From: Isurus oxyrinchus
Taxonomy: Eukaryota
Direction: 5' to 3'
Assembly (NCBI GenBank): GCA_026770705.1
Contig: JANJGN010000010.1
Coordinates: 89,404,001-89,468,000 of the forward strand
DNA length: 64,000 bases
Under the pieces are notes generated by a model, which saw only the letters and a program-made list of their open reading frames with translations, searched no databases and was not told the origin of the DNA. This document shows positions 54,401 to 62,431 of the stretch, piece by piece. Every line of letters begins with the position of its first letter. The first letter of the stretch is position 1. Made by a program: the position numbers and the translations under genes.

Positions 54401-57400
54401 TTCAGTTGGAAGAAGGTGCTAGGACAGGCAGGACATGAAATGAGTCACATAGCAGGTTCCAAACTAAAGAAGAAAGTCCCCAAATGCCAGGGGAGTGGAA
54501 CAGGAGAAAGTCCCAAGATGACCTTCTGGAAAACTTAGTAAATGTGATGTGAGGAAATAAATTTTCACTCAGCGGATAGTTGGAGTTTTGAACAAACTTC
54601 CTGAAAGGGGGCTGGAGGCAGGTTCAATCGAGGTATTCAAAAGGGCATTGGCTTGCTACCTGAAAAGAGAGAATGTGCAAGGTTACGGGGAGAAGGCAGG
54701 GGAGTGGGACTAGGTGGAGTGCTCTTTCAGAGAGCCAGTGCAGGCATGATGAGCTGAATGGTCTTCTTCAGAACTGTAAAGATTTTGTGATACTAAAGTT
54801 AAAAGTGAAGTTAAGAGTGAGGAGTAGAGGAAGGTTCCAAGCTTCAAGTTTAAAGGGAGAAAGCTACAGGAAGCAGATTTAAAGTGACATAAAGGCTTGC
54901 AAGAAGGTCCAAAGAGACAACTGAATGTCTATAACTCTTTGCTATGGGCATGGAAGCAGTGGTGTACAGTGAGACGGAGTGTGTGGACAGGGGTTTGAAT
55001 GCATGTGGCCATCTGGGTGAGAGGAAAATCGGAAAGAGAGTTTGAAACCCTGCAGGTGGACCCTCACGGAAGGTGCCTGAGAGAAAGTGTTGGTTTGGGT
55101 GAAGATCCCGAAGTGAGTTCTTTGAGAGTAGAGATTGGAAACCCTCATGTGAAAGTTCAGTGAGACTGGTTGGCTCATGATGTAACAAAGGTTGGGGGGG
55201 TAGGAGGAGTTGAGGAGAGATCCATAGCATCTGGTTGGGGTGGCATCGGACACATGGTTTCAGAGTGTGCTGTGTCTGACTACATGGGCTGTGTACTTAC
55301 TGTGAACATTAGAGTATAAGATAGTTTTTGTAACTTGTGTTACCCTTACAAATTTGTATATATCTGTAAAGGTATAGTTGTGGGTGAAGGGGTATTGTGA
55401 TATAGTTCATCCTTTTTTGTTTAATAAATGTTTTATTCTTTTGTTAAAAGTTCATCAGTTGACTCCTGTGACTCTGTTTATTAGCCACTTTCCACGTATC
55501 TAAACAAAATAAAAGTTAGGATTGATCAAGCCAGGTTCCACCCTAGAATCAGGCTTGTTCAGTAGTATCACAGTATCTTTATAGTGCAGATGGAGGCCAT
55601 TCGGCCCATCGAACCTGGCTTTCTAAAAGAGCACTCCACCTAGTCCCACTCCCCTGCATTATCCCCGTAACCTTGTACATTCTCTCTTTTCAGGGAGCAA
55701 TCCAATTCCCTTTTGAATACCTTGATCGAACCTGCTTCCACCACTCTCTGGAAATTTGTTCCAGACTCCAGCCACCCTCTGGGTGAAAAATTTTTTCCTC
55801 ACATCACATTTATTCCTTTTGCCAATTATTTTGAATCTGTACCCTCCAGTTCTTGATATTCTCTAGAGTGGGAACAGTTTCTCATTATTTACCCTGTCCA
55901 TGCCTCTGATGATCTTGAATACCTTCATCAAGTCTCCTCTCAGCCTTCTTTTCTCCAAGGAAAACAACCTTTCCAATCTATCCTCATAGCTACAGTTCTT
56001 CATCCCTGGAATCATTCTTGCGAATCTCCTCTGTACTCTCTCCAATGCCTTCACATCCTTCCTCAAGTATGGCGTCCAGAACTGGATGTAGTACTCCAGA
56101 TGAGGCCTAACTAGTGTCTTATACAAATTCAACATGACCTCCTTACTCTTTTACTCAATGCCCCTATTAATAAAGCCTAAGGTACTATATGCTTTATTAA
56201 CTGCTCTCTCAACATGTCCTGCCATCTTCAATGACCTATGTACATATACAATGAGGCCCCTCTGTTCCTGCACCTCCTTCAGAGGTTCTCTCTTTATTTT
56301 ATACTATCTTACCATATCTTTCCTGCCAAAATAAATCACCTCACACTTCTCTGCATTGAACTTCATCTGCCACTTGTCTGCTCAATCCACCAACATGTCT
56401 ATATCCTTATGAAGTTGAAGACTATCCTCATCACAGTTGACAACATTTCCAATCTTCGTATCATCTGCAAAATTTGAAATCATGCCCTGCACACCACAGT
56501 CTAGGTCATTAATATATATCAGGAAGAACAAGGGTCCCAACACTGACCCCAGGGGAACTCCACTACAAACCTTCCCCCAATCTGAAAAACAACCTTTTCT
56601 CACTACTCGCTGTTTCCTGTAACATCTGCTGGGATCATAACAAAGTAGGGGTCCGTCTGGGATTTGAAACACTGACAGGGGTTGATTGGATGCAGAATAA
56701 TAATTGGTCCAGGATTGTCGTTATAAGGTGGGACCTCTTGTTAGATTGGAAATCCTTGAACATTAGAGGGATCTATGAATCTTTAAAAAATGAATATGTG
56801 GAGGTACTGAGCTACTAGACAAAGGAATTGGAGTTGCTGTGAGGTATAGTATATGGGTTTGAATTCGAAATGGTTTCGGAGGTTGCTAAGGCATTTTTAC
56901 AGATGGAAAATGTAACCATGACTGGTTTACAGAAATTAACCAAGAACTGATGGATAAACTGGTGTTAGAATTACTGGAAGAGCGGAGGAGAGCAGAAATA
57001 GTTGGGATAATAGCGCAGCATTTAAAACTGGGAGGAATACTAGAGAGATCACGTTCTCCATGGGGCAAGTCAATTGAGTTAGCTAAGATCCAATTGTGAA
57101 TGAAGCAACTTGAGCATGAAAACGAACTGAAAAAACTTGAATTAGAGGCAAAAGGAAAAGAACAATTTTCAGGCAAAGTTTGCTAGTCCTGATTTCCTAA
57201 TCTGTGGAAAGAGTTTTTCTCTATCTGCCCCATCACTTCCCTATAACATCTTGAAAATGTTTATTTTCAAAAGAAAAAGCATCAACAACATTCTATGAAA
57301 TAGCTTATTCATAAAAGAATAAAATATCTGAGTAGAGTATATTATGTAGAAGGAACCTACCCGATTTGTCATAGGTGCACCGTACTTCACTGTTAATACA

Positions 57401-60400
57401 TTTGCTAAAAAAGTGAACAGAATATATTTTCACATTTCTTGGAATACTTTAGTTTAATACAATACAGTAAAATCCAGCTAGTTTCTTTTAAATATTGTCT
57501 TCAGCTTTTGTTATAGTTTAACATTCTGATATATATATATATATGTATAAGAAAACATGGAATGAGACCAGGTTTTTGCCCCATCAAGCATGTTAGAAGG
57601 GCATCACTGAGGGACCTTGAGCTGACAACCTTTTAGTTGGATAAGCTGGAGCACTGACCAACTCAGCCGCAGAGTGTGTCAAAATTAACATTTTATGTAA
57701 AGCAAATCATTCCATGGTCTACTGTAATAGAGAAATCAGCTGCATAGGTTGATACACAATTGTATGATTTCTACAAAATGAGTTAGAATTTCATTTTGAA
57801 CACAATTGGCGATCCAGGTGCAAAATGGTGCTAGTTTGGTGAACTCATCTGCATATCAATAACATCTGTCAAAAACCAGCATGACCGTGCAGCATTTTAT
57901 AACAAGTCTTTTATAATTTTGTTTTATAAAACATTCCTTGGTATATTTAAGAGTGGTAACTTATTTAATACAGCTGAAAATGTGTTTATCACCAAAAAGC
58001 ATTTTAATCAAGAGTATCCAGTCTACCATCTGTGAGTAATCTGTGAGTATTAACTAACTCTAAATGACTTAGAAATGTTATACAGAACCATTTGCAAGTT
58101 ATATTGGTGCACAGTAATAGGTTTCTTAGTAAATTAAAAAAAATACTCAGATGCTTTTAAAACATGTCCTGTAGAATCCATTGTGCTTGCTTAATGCTAA
58201 GAGCCTCCTCAGAGGCCCCAAATAAGCACAGTTAGACGGAAAGAATAATTTTGATTAATTTGATCCCGGAGGAGGCCAGGTTTGTGGGTGGGACCAGCTT
58301 CTGGTGCAATGTTTCAAACCTAGCACAGAGAAAGGCAGAAACATGGTTTGTGGTGGGTCTAATATGTGCATTAAACTCTGTGACCTTGTTGCTGGTTTGG
58401 TTAATTTGGGGCAAACTGTGCTTAAAGGAACGATGCAACCAAATGGAAATGCCTGGGGCTTTGCATAGGGCTGTGAGATTACTGTATGATATATAGTGAC
58501 GATTAAAACTCAATGATTCTTTACTTTGAAATGTTCTATATCAGACTTGTTCTGATATCTGATGTTAGAATATCTGAGAATTTGGCCACAAGTGTTAGTG
58601 TAACCCTTCCATTTGTTACACAATATAATAATCACTGCTCTCTAGAATATGGTACGTTTGCAATGCTCTGGAAAGGAGGCATGGATCTTCCAACCATTAT
58701 TGCTACCACTCCTTGAAAACTTTGTGTTTAAATTTCCTACTGCAACAGCAACGTCCCCTTACTCCATAACGTTACTGGCTTCTGCAGCGGAGAAGCTTCA
58801 GAATTTAGGTCCTACTGCTGCAGAGAATGGAGATCAGAGTGTGCACTAGAGATAATCAACAGTTGATAGTCATGGGGACAGAAAAAGACAAGTGAGGGAG
58901 AGGGAGACTGGGGATTGGGAGCTCAGTGGAAAAAGGAAGACTGTGAAATAAGCGCTGTGACGGGGACAAAAGGATCAAGGTTAAGGTCCAAGAGAAAAGA
59001 GGAAGACTCAGGAATAGGAGTTGCAGTACGCAGAAGCAGGTTGAGAGGGAGAATAGGGATGGTGGCTCTGGAAGAGATGAACTGGGGTCAGGAGTTTGGA
59101 TTGAGGGCTGGGAGTCAGAAGTGAGGACGTTTGGTGATAGGTCTAGGAAGAGAGGAGAAACTGGGGAATAAGAGTCCAGGGGCTTGCAAGAGACAGAGAG
59201 ACTGGGAGATCTCGGTTTGAGATGGTGGTTGGGAGAAGGGGGGAACATCAGAGAGAGATGGAGGTTGCAGAATGGGGATCATGAGATGGGAAAGGTGGGG
59301 TAGAGAGGGTTACTGGAATTCGGGGAGGACTTAATTCAGCAAATCGGGGGAAGAAAGGGAGGCTGGTGAATATGGCAGGCTCAGAGATCATTATTTTCTG
59401 CAAAGCTTGTAGTTTCAGCAATAATGTGGTGAACCTAGGTACAAGCCACAGTCCAAAATGCTAAGGAGACATCAGGCCAATAAAAGAAGCTTGCCTGGTA
59501 ATTCTGACTTTACCAGCTGTGATTTCAAGGTGATTATCAATGGGTTAGCACCTTGTGGTGCAGTGTCCCTGCCTCTGAGCCCAGAAGCTCTGGGTTCAAG
59601 TCCCAGCCCAGGAAGGTGTGTTCATATGCAGCCAATCAGGTTGAGAATCTTTCCAACATAAAACAATGGCAGGTGGTAAGAGTGGGAGAGATTCCCTGTT
59701 GGCCATGTGATGGAAACAACTCTACCATCACTATCCATGGCTCCAGACTACAGAATGCAGGTAAAATGTGCATGTTGCCCCAGCAACTTGGAGTCCCTGA
59801 GTGAACTGTGTCATCATGATCATCAGTGGTTAATAGAAATGTTATTAGTTCTAGGTTGGATGTAGGGCCATCACACCTACTACTTCTAGTTCCATAGGAA
59901 CATGAGTTTACCATTTAGCCCATCAAAGCTGTTCTGCCATTCAATGAGATCAAGGTTGATGTGTAACCTAACTCACATCCCACCATAACTTTGGTTAGCA
60001 AAAAATCTATCAGTCTCAGATTTAAAATTAACAGCTGATCTGTGGAGAGTTCCAAATTTCTGTCACCCTTTGTGTAGAAGTGTTTCCTAATTTCATTCCT
60101 AAAAAGTCTACTTCTAATCTTTTGACTATGCCCCTAGTCTATATTCCCCAATCAGTAGAAATATTTTCTCTCTATCTCCCTCATCTGTTCACATTAAAGA
60201 CTTAAAACTTCAATCAAATCACTGCCGAACTTTCTAAATTCTAGGCCCTGGTTTGTGTAATATATCAGTAAGTTATTATATTACTGTTGGTTATGAAAGG
60301 ATTCTCAGTGTTACCAGTATTACTATTACATATCGGTGGAATTGCAGTGAGGTTTCTCCACCCATTCAAATTTCCCACCACTTCTGTTTTACCCTCTTTC

Positions 60401-61079
60401 TCATCCTTGGTTTTCTTTCCTTTCTTCACACACATGGCTTGCTTATTCTCTACATCTTTCACACAGCAGGTGCTGGCACGAAACAAGGAACAGTGGTACT
60501 CAGTTATAAAAGACCTAGCCTTTCTGATTTAAATGAAATAACATTGCATACGTCACATCATGTAGTCAGCATGTCACATGATCAGACCTCCAGAACTTTC
60601 TGCTACCAGAGCTGACAATCAAGAACCACAACAAGAACTTACAGCTAAATAACTATTTCACTTATGACAAAACAGACACCAAGTGGTTGCAGATAATGAT
60701 ACACTAAAGTCAAGTAGAGGAAGGTTAGCTCTGTCTCTAACACATGTTGTGCTGATCCCTGTTGATATTAAATTCTGAAAGAGGAATATTCCATATTGGC
60801 CAGCATCAGTTTCTCTCATCTGGACAAAAATAAACTCATTCATCTGCTCCTCAAAAAATGAAAACAATGCTTATTACTGCAATAATTGTTACCCAAAGAA
60901 TACATGGAGAAATGTTAATCGTAAAACTTACCATGATTCACAGTTCTGAGTGCTTGGCACAGTATGACCTGGCTCGTAATGATTTCCATTTAGATAACAA
61001 GGACAGTGATCCAATTTAACGCATTTCATCCTTTCCTCGTCCAAAATTGGTTTTTCAGCAGGGCAGTCTGGATAGCAGC
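243..61079 (-). CDS. Gel-forming mucin, MUC5AC/MUC5B-like (partial, multi-exon; open at both window ends)
   Basis: Frame-consistent GT-AG splicing of 61079-60932 (phase 1->2), 57404-57361 (2->1), 53857-51953 (1->1) and 38 x 213-nt exons (1->1). Product GCYPDCPAEKPILDEERMKCV...NCESCKCINSEVRCTYDKSECTCVYDGKTFHEGDIIYHTTDGIGGCIKATCSVNGTIIRKAYPC followed by PTS resembles the end of the D3 assembly of MUC5AC/5B (recalled, not searched). Orthology not resolved. Confidence 0.93.
1535..1747 (-). CDS. Mucin repeat exon r2
   Basis: Same splice sites; GQAIVSSAGKSGLCNFTLCTKSCEILKYTGKCETTTAPSTTLESTTTVTVTPTTTETTTCSCTASGQILSP. Confidence 0.9.
2858..3070 (-). CDS. Mucin repeat exon r3
   Basis: r1-type (ILNFT) but with ASG. 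Confidence 0.9.
4150..4362 (-). CDS. Mucin repeat exon r4
   Basis: r2-type, intact splice sites. Confidence 0.9.
5473..5685 (-). CDS. Mucin repeat exon r5
   Basis: r1-type, intact splice sites. Confidence 0.9.
6765..6977 (-). CDS. Mucin repeat exon r6
   Basis: r2-type, intact splice sites. Confidence 0.9.
8088..8300 (-). CDS. Mucin repeat exon r7
   Basis: AGES variant, ASG. Confidence 0.9.
9412..9624 (-). CDS. Mucin repeat exon r8
   Basis: ANG variant. Confidence 0.9.
10735..10947 (-). CDS. Mucin repeat exon r9
   Basis: KCQT, PTAT variant; absent from the ORF track only because it lacks a start codon. Confidence 0.9.
12026..12238 (-). CDS. Mucin repeat exon r10
   Basis: r2-type. Confidence 0.9.
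13349..13561 (-). CDS. Mucin repeat exon r11
   Basis: PATT variant. Confidence 0.9.
14672..14884 (-). CDS. Mucin repeat exon r12
   Basis: KCQT, TTGTTT variant. Confidence 0.9.
15963..16175 (-). CDS. Mucin repeat exon r13
   Basis: r2-type. Confidence 0.9.
17286..17498 (-). CDS. Mucin repeat exon r14
   Basis: AGES, QLLSP variant. Confidence 0.9.
18609..18821 (-). CDS. Mucin repeat exon r15
   Basis: TVIVTP variant. Confidence 0.9.
19932..20144 (-). CDS. Mucin repeat exon r16
   Basis: PTST variant. Confidence 0.9.
21255..21467 (-). CDS. Mucin repeat exon r17
   Basis: PTST variant. Confidence 0.9.
22578..22790 (-). CDS. Mucin repeat exon r18
   Basis: KCQT variant. Confidence 0.9.
23869..24081 (-). 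CDS. Mucin repeat exon r19
   Basis: PTST variant. Confidence 0.9.
25192..25404 (-). CDS. Mucin repeat exon r20
   Basis: PTST variant. Confidence 0.9.
26515..26727 (-). CDS. Mucin repeat exon r21
   Basis: KCQT variant. Confidence 0.9.
27806..28018 (-). CDS. Mucin repeat exon r22
   Basis: PTST variant. Confidence 0.9.
29129..29341 (-). CDS. Mucin repeat exon r23
   Basis: PTST variant. Confidence 0.9.
30452..30664 (-). CDS. Mucin repeat exon r24
   Basis: KCQT variant. Confidence 0.9.
31743..31955 (-). CDS. Mucin repeat exon r25
   Basis: PTST variant. Confidence 0.9.
33066..33278 (-). CDS. Mucin repeat exon r26
   Basis: KCQT variant. Confidence 0.9.
34357..34569 (-). CDS. Mucin repeat exon r27
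   Basis: PTST variant. Confidence 0.9.
35680..35892 (-). CDS. Mucin repeat exon r28
   Basis: KCQT variant. Confidence 0.9.
36971..37183 (-). CDS. Mucin repeat exon r29
   Basis: PTST variant. Confidence 0.9.
38294..38506 (-). CDS. Mucin repeat exon r30
   Basis: KCQT variant. Confidence 0.9.
39585..39797 (-). CDS. Mucin repeat exon r31
   Basis: PTST variant. Confidence 0.9.
40908..41120 (-). CDS. Mucin repeat exon r32
   Basis: KCQT variant. Confidence 0.9.
42199..42411 (-). CDS. Mucin repeat exon r33
   Basis: PTST variant. Confidence 0.9.
43522..43734 (-). CDS. Mucin repeat exon r34
   Basis: KCQT variant. Confidence 0.9.
44813..45025 (-). CDS. Mucin repeat exon r35
   Basis: r2-type. Confidence 0.9.
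46136..46348 (-). CDS. Mucin repeat exon r36
   Basis: KCQT, CTGNG variant. Confidence 0.9.
47427..47639 (-). CDS. Mucin repeat exon r37
   Basis: r2-type. Confidence 0.9.
48750..48962 (-). CDS. Mucin repeat exon r38 (first in transcript order)
   Basis: Divergent: CDFT, PTTAIES, CTGNG; splice sites intact. Confidence 0.9.
50041..50362 (-). other. Relic 39th array unit with exon and both splice sites deleted
   Basis: gatatttaataattg|tttcaggcatctc at 50063/50064 fuses the donor-side and acceptor-side flanks; the equivalent of 9402-9649 (248 bp) is missing. Confidence 0.9.
51056..51445 (-). mobile_element. Degraded L2-type LINE 3' fragment
   Basis: Translates LHGLPVSKRVKFKI, similar to the L2 ORF2 C-terminal LHWLPVxxRIxFKI motif; (TTG)n-like tail near 51056; boundaries approximate. 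Confidence 0.6.
51763..51777 (-). CDS. Candidate 15-nt in-frame micro-exon (VVPCQ)
   Basis: ttctttctgttttacag|TAGTCCCCTGCCAAG|gtaact; phase 1-1; no transcript evidence. Confidence 0.45.
51953..53857 (-). CDS. Mucin large exon: Cys module + PTS domain + first half of six-Cys module, 1905 nt (635 codons)
   Basis: Acceptor tttttctttatcag|AG, donor CCTG|gtaagt; lies within ORF 51933..53894; Thr/Ser/Pro-rich, ends CLCRVNGQTLSP(G). Confidence 0.95.
52000..53420 (-). repeat. Degenerate coding repeat (about 17-20 aa, TTSSPTTSTTVIPTTTSTL-like) in the PTS exon
   Basis: Recurring ggtgaggaagtag...gttgtagggatgactgttgttgatgttgtt on the + strand. Confidence 0.85.
53884..54064 (-). mobile_element. Old CR1-type LINE 3' end, left piece (interrupted)
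   Basis: Homologous to 59893-60035 (e.g. ctatcaatgttaggtttaaaacttacaattgac vs ctatcagtctcagatttaaaattaacagctgat). Confidence 0.6.
54349..54389. repeat. Imperfect (CA)n microsatellite
   Basis: acacacacgcactacacacacacacacacacaaacacaaaca. Confidence 0.85.
54538..54794 (+). mobile_element. Short CR1 3' fragment
   Basis: Inverted homolog of 55564-55812 (shared gaaaagagagaatgt.caaggttacgggga and ggggagtgggactaggtggagtgctcttt). Confidence 0.85.
55564..56620 (-). mobile_element. 5'-truncated CR1 LINE (RT C-terminal half + 3' UTR), degenerate
   Basis: SGVPLGSVLGPLFFLIYINDLD...FADDTKIG; LYKTLVRPHLEY...LERVQRRFARMIPG...RRLRGDL. Confidence 0.95.
56646..56668 (+). other. Degenerate primer-binding site (tRNA-Pro)
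   Basis: TAGGGGTCCGTCTGGGATTTGAA vs tRNA-Pro complement TGGGGGCTCGTCCGGGATTTGAA (19/23), 3 nt after ATAACA. Confidence 0.7.
57183..57258 (-). mobile_element. Old CR1-type LINE, right piece
   Basis: ctagtcctgatttcctaatctgtggaaagagtttttctctatct is homologous to 60134-60180. Confidence 0.55.
57361..57404 (-). CDS. Mucin exon, 44 nt (not in ORF track)
   Basis: Acceptor cacttttttag|C, donor G|gtaggt; encodes (C)KCINSEVRCTYDKS(E); bridges the phase-2 and phase-1 neighbours exactly. Confidence 0.9.
57528..57548. repeat. (TA)n microsatellite
   Basis: gatatatatatatatatgtata. Confidence 0.8.
59541..59615 (+). mobile_element. Possible tRNA-derived SINE head
   Basis: A-box-like TGGTGCAGTG and B-box GGTTCAAGTCC at tRNA-like spacing; no convincing cloverleaf. 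Confidence 0.4.
59893..60262 (-). mobile_element. Old CR1-type LINE 3' fragment
   Basis: Homologous to 53884-54064 and 57183-57258; resembles CR1 3' ends (recalled). Confidence 0.65.
60932..61079 (-). CDS. Mucin exon, end of D3 assembly (TIL3/E3 region), 148 nt
   Basis: Acceptor caaatag|GC, donor TG|gtaagt; encodes GCYPDCPAEKPILDEERMKCVKLDHCPCYLNGNHYEPGHTVPSTQNCES(C). Confidence 0.93.
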
Positions 61080-61255
61080 CTATTTGATGTGACAATAATA
61101 TTATATAACTGCACATTCTCTAATATCAGTCAGACCACAGCGTTAAATCCTGATAAGTGAACAGCTCAAATTGACTTTGTCTCCACCAGATTTCTTCACC
61201 TTTATCAGTTATTTAGCTGTAACTTAAGTTTCAATGGACACCGTACATCTAAACA

Positions 61256-62066
61256 TGTTAATAGTCAGTGTAACCTGCTGTGTAGTTTCTGCTAATAGTC
61301 GGGGTAACCTGCTGTGTAGTTTCTGTTAATAGTCAGTGTGACCTGCTGTGTAGTTTCTGTTAATAGTCAGTGTGACCTGCTGTGTAGTTTCTGTTAATAA
61401 TCGGGGTAACCTACTGTGTAGTTTCTGCTAATAGTCGGGGTAACCTGCTGTGTAGTTTCTGTTAATAGTTGGGGTAACCTGCTGTGTAGTTTCTGTTAAT
61501 AATCGGGATAACTTGCTGTGTAGTTTCTGTTAATAGTCGGGGTAACCTGCTGTGTAGTTTCTGTTAATAGTCAGTGTAACCTGCTGTGTAATTTCTGTTA
61601 ATAGTCAGTGTAACCTGCTGTGTAGTTTCTGTTAATAATCGGGGTAACCTGCTGTGTAGTTTCTGTTAATAGTTGGGGTAACCTGCTGTGTAGTTTCTGT
61701 TAATAGTCAGGGTAACCTGCTGTGTAGTTTCTGTTAATAATCGGGGTAACCTGCTGTGTAGTTTCTGTTAATAGTCTGTGTAACCTGCTGTGTAGTTTCT
61801 GTTAATAGTCGGGGTAACCTGTGGTGTAGTTTCTGTTAATAATCGGGGTAACCTGCTGGGTAGTTTCTGTTAATAATTGGGGTAACCTGCTGTGTAGTTT
61901 CTGTTAACACTCGGGGTAACCTACTGTGTAGTTTCTGTTAATAGACAGTGTAACCTGCTGTGTAGTTTCTGTTAATAGACAGTGTAACCTGATCTGTGGT
62001 TTCTGTTAATAGTCGGGGTAACCTGATCTGTGGTTTCTGTTAATAGTCGGGGTAACTTGCTGTGTG
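61256..62066. repeat. 34-bp minisatellite, about 24 copies
   Basis: Consensus AATAGTC(AGT/GGG)GTAACCTGCTGTGTAGTTTCTGTT; unit starts at 61260 and 62042 differ by exactly 23 x 34. Confidence 0.97.
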
Positions 62067-62114
62067 GGTTGTTTTTTGTTGGTGCAGCCTGATATGTACT
62101 TTCTGCATTCTTCA

Positions 62115-62425
62115 AATTTATTCTTTGAATATGGGCATCATTGGAAATGCTGCCATTTATTGACCTGAATGTGGTGGTGAAACCACTGCTGTATATGTTG
62201 TGACAGTTCTTTTACAATGCTGTAATGTCCAAGTTCCAGGCTCTTGACCCACCCACAATGAAGAAACCGCAATTCATGCCCGATAATGTGTGACTTTAAA
62301 ATTAACTTGGAGGTGATGGTCTTCCTGTGCACCTGCTGCTCTTGCCCTGAGTGATATGCGTCATGGGTTTTGGAAACTCTGTAGAAAAGGCCCTGCCAAT
62401 GTACTGCACTGCATCCTGTGAGCAG
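62115..62425. mobile_element. Degraded interspersed repeat fragment (LINE-related, unclassified)
   Basis: Resembles a common cartilaginous-fish repeat (atgggcatc...gccatttattg...gtggtggtga; gttccagg..cttgaccca); recalled only. Confidence 0.35.
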
Positions 62426-62431
62426 TTTGTA

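Larger units (their letters stand above)
54065..57180 (+). mobile_element. Truncated Gypsy/Gmr1-like LTR retrotransposon remnant (5' LTR about 54065-56642, PBS, gag start), interrupted by two CR1 copies
   Basis: Putative LTR ends ...gggatcATAACA (56642); AATAAA sites at 55424 and 55508; tRNA-Pro-like PBS follows; downstream degenerate coiled-coil gag-like peptide RRAEIVGIIAQHLKL...IELAKIQL*MKQLEHENELKKLELEAK; left boundary uncertain. Confidence 0.6.

Noticed and set aside
57600-57675. tRNA-like sequence on the minus strand
   Set aside because: Only an A-box-like GGCTGAGTTGG and a degraded B box; at most a decayed SINE head.
58856-59380. 130-aa Pro/Ser/Leu-rich minus-strand ORF as an extra mucin exon
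   Set aside because: Purine-rich low-complexity tract; the flanking exons already join in frame to give the expected mucin Cys pattern.
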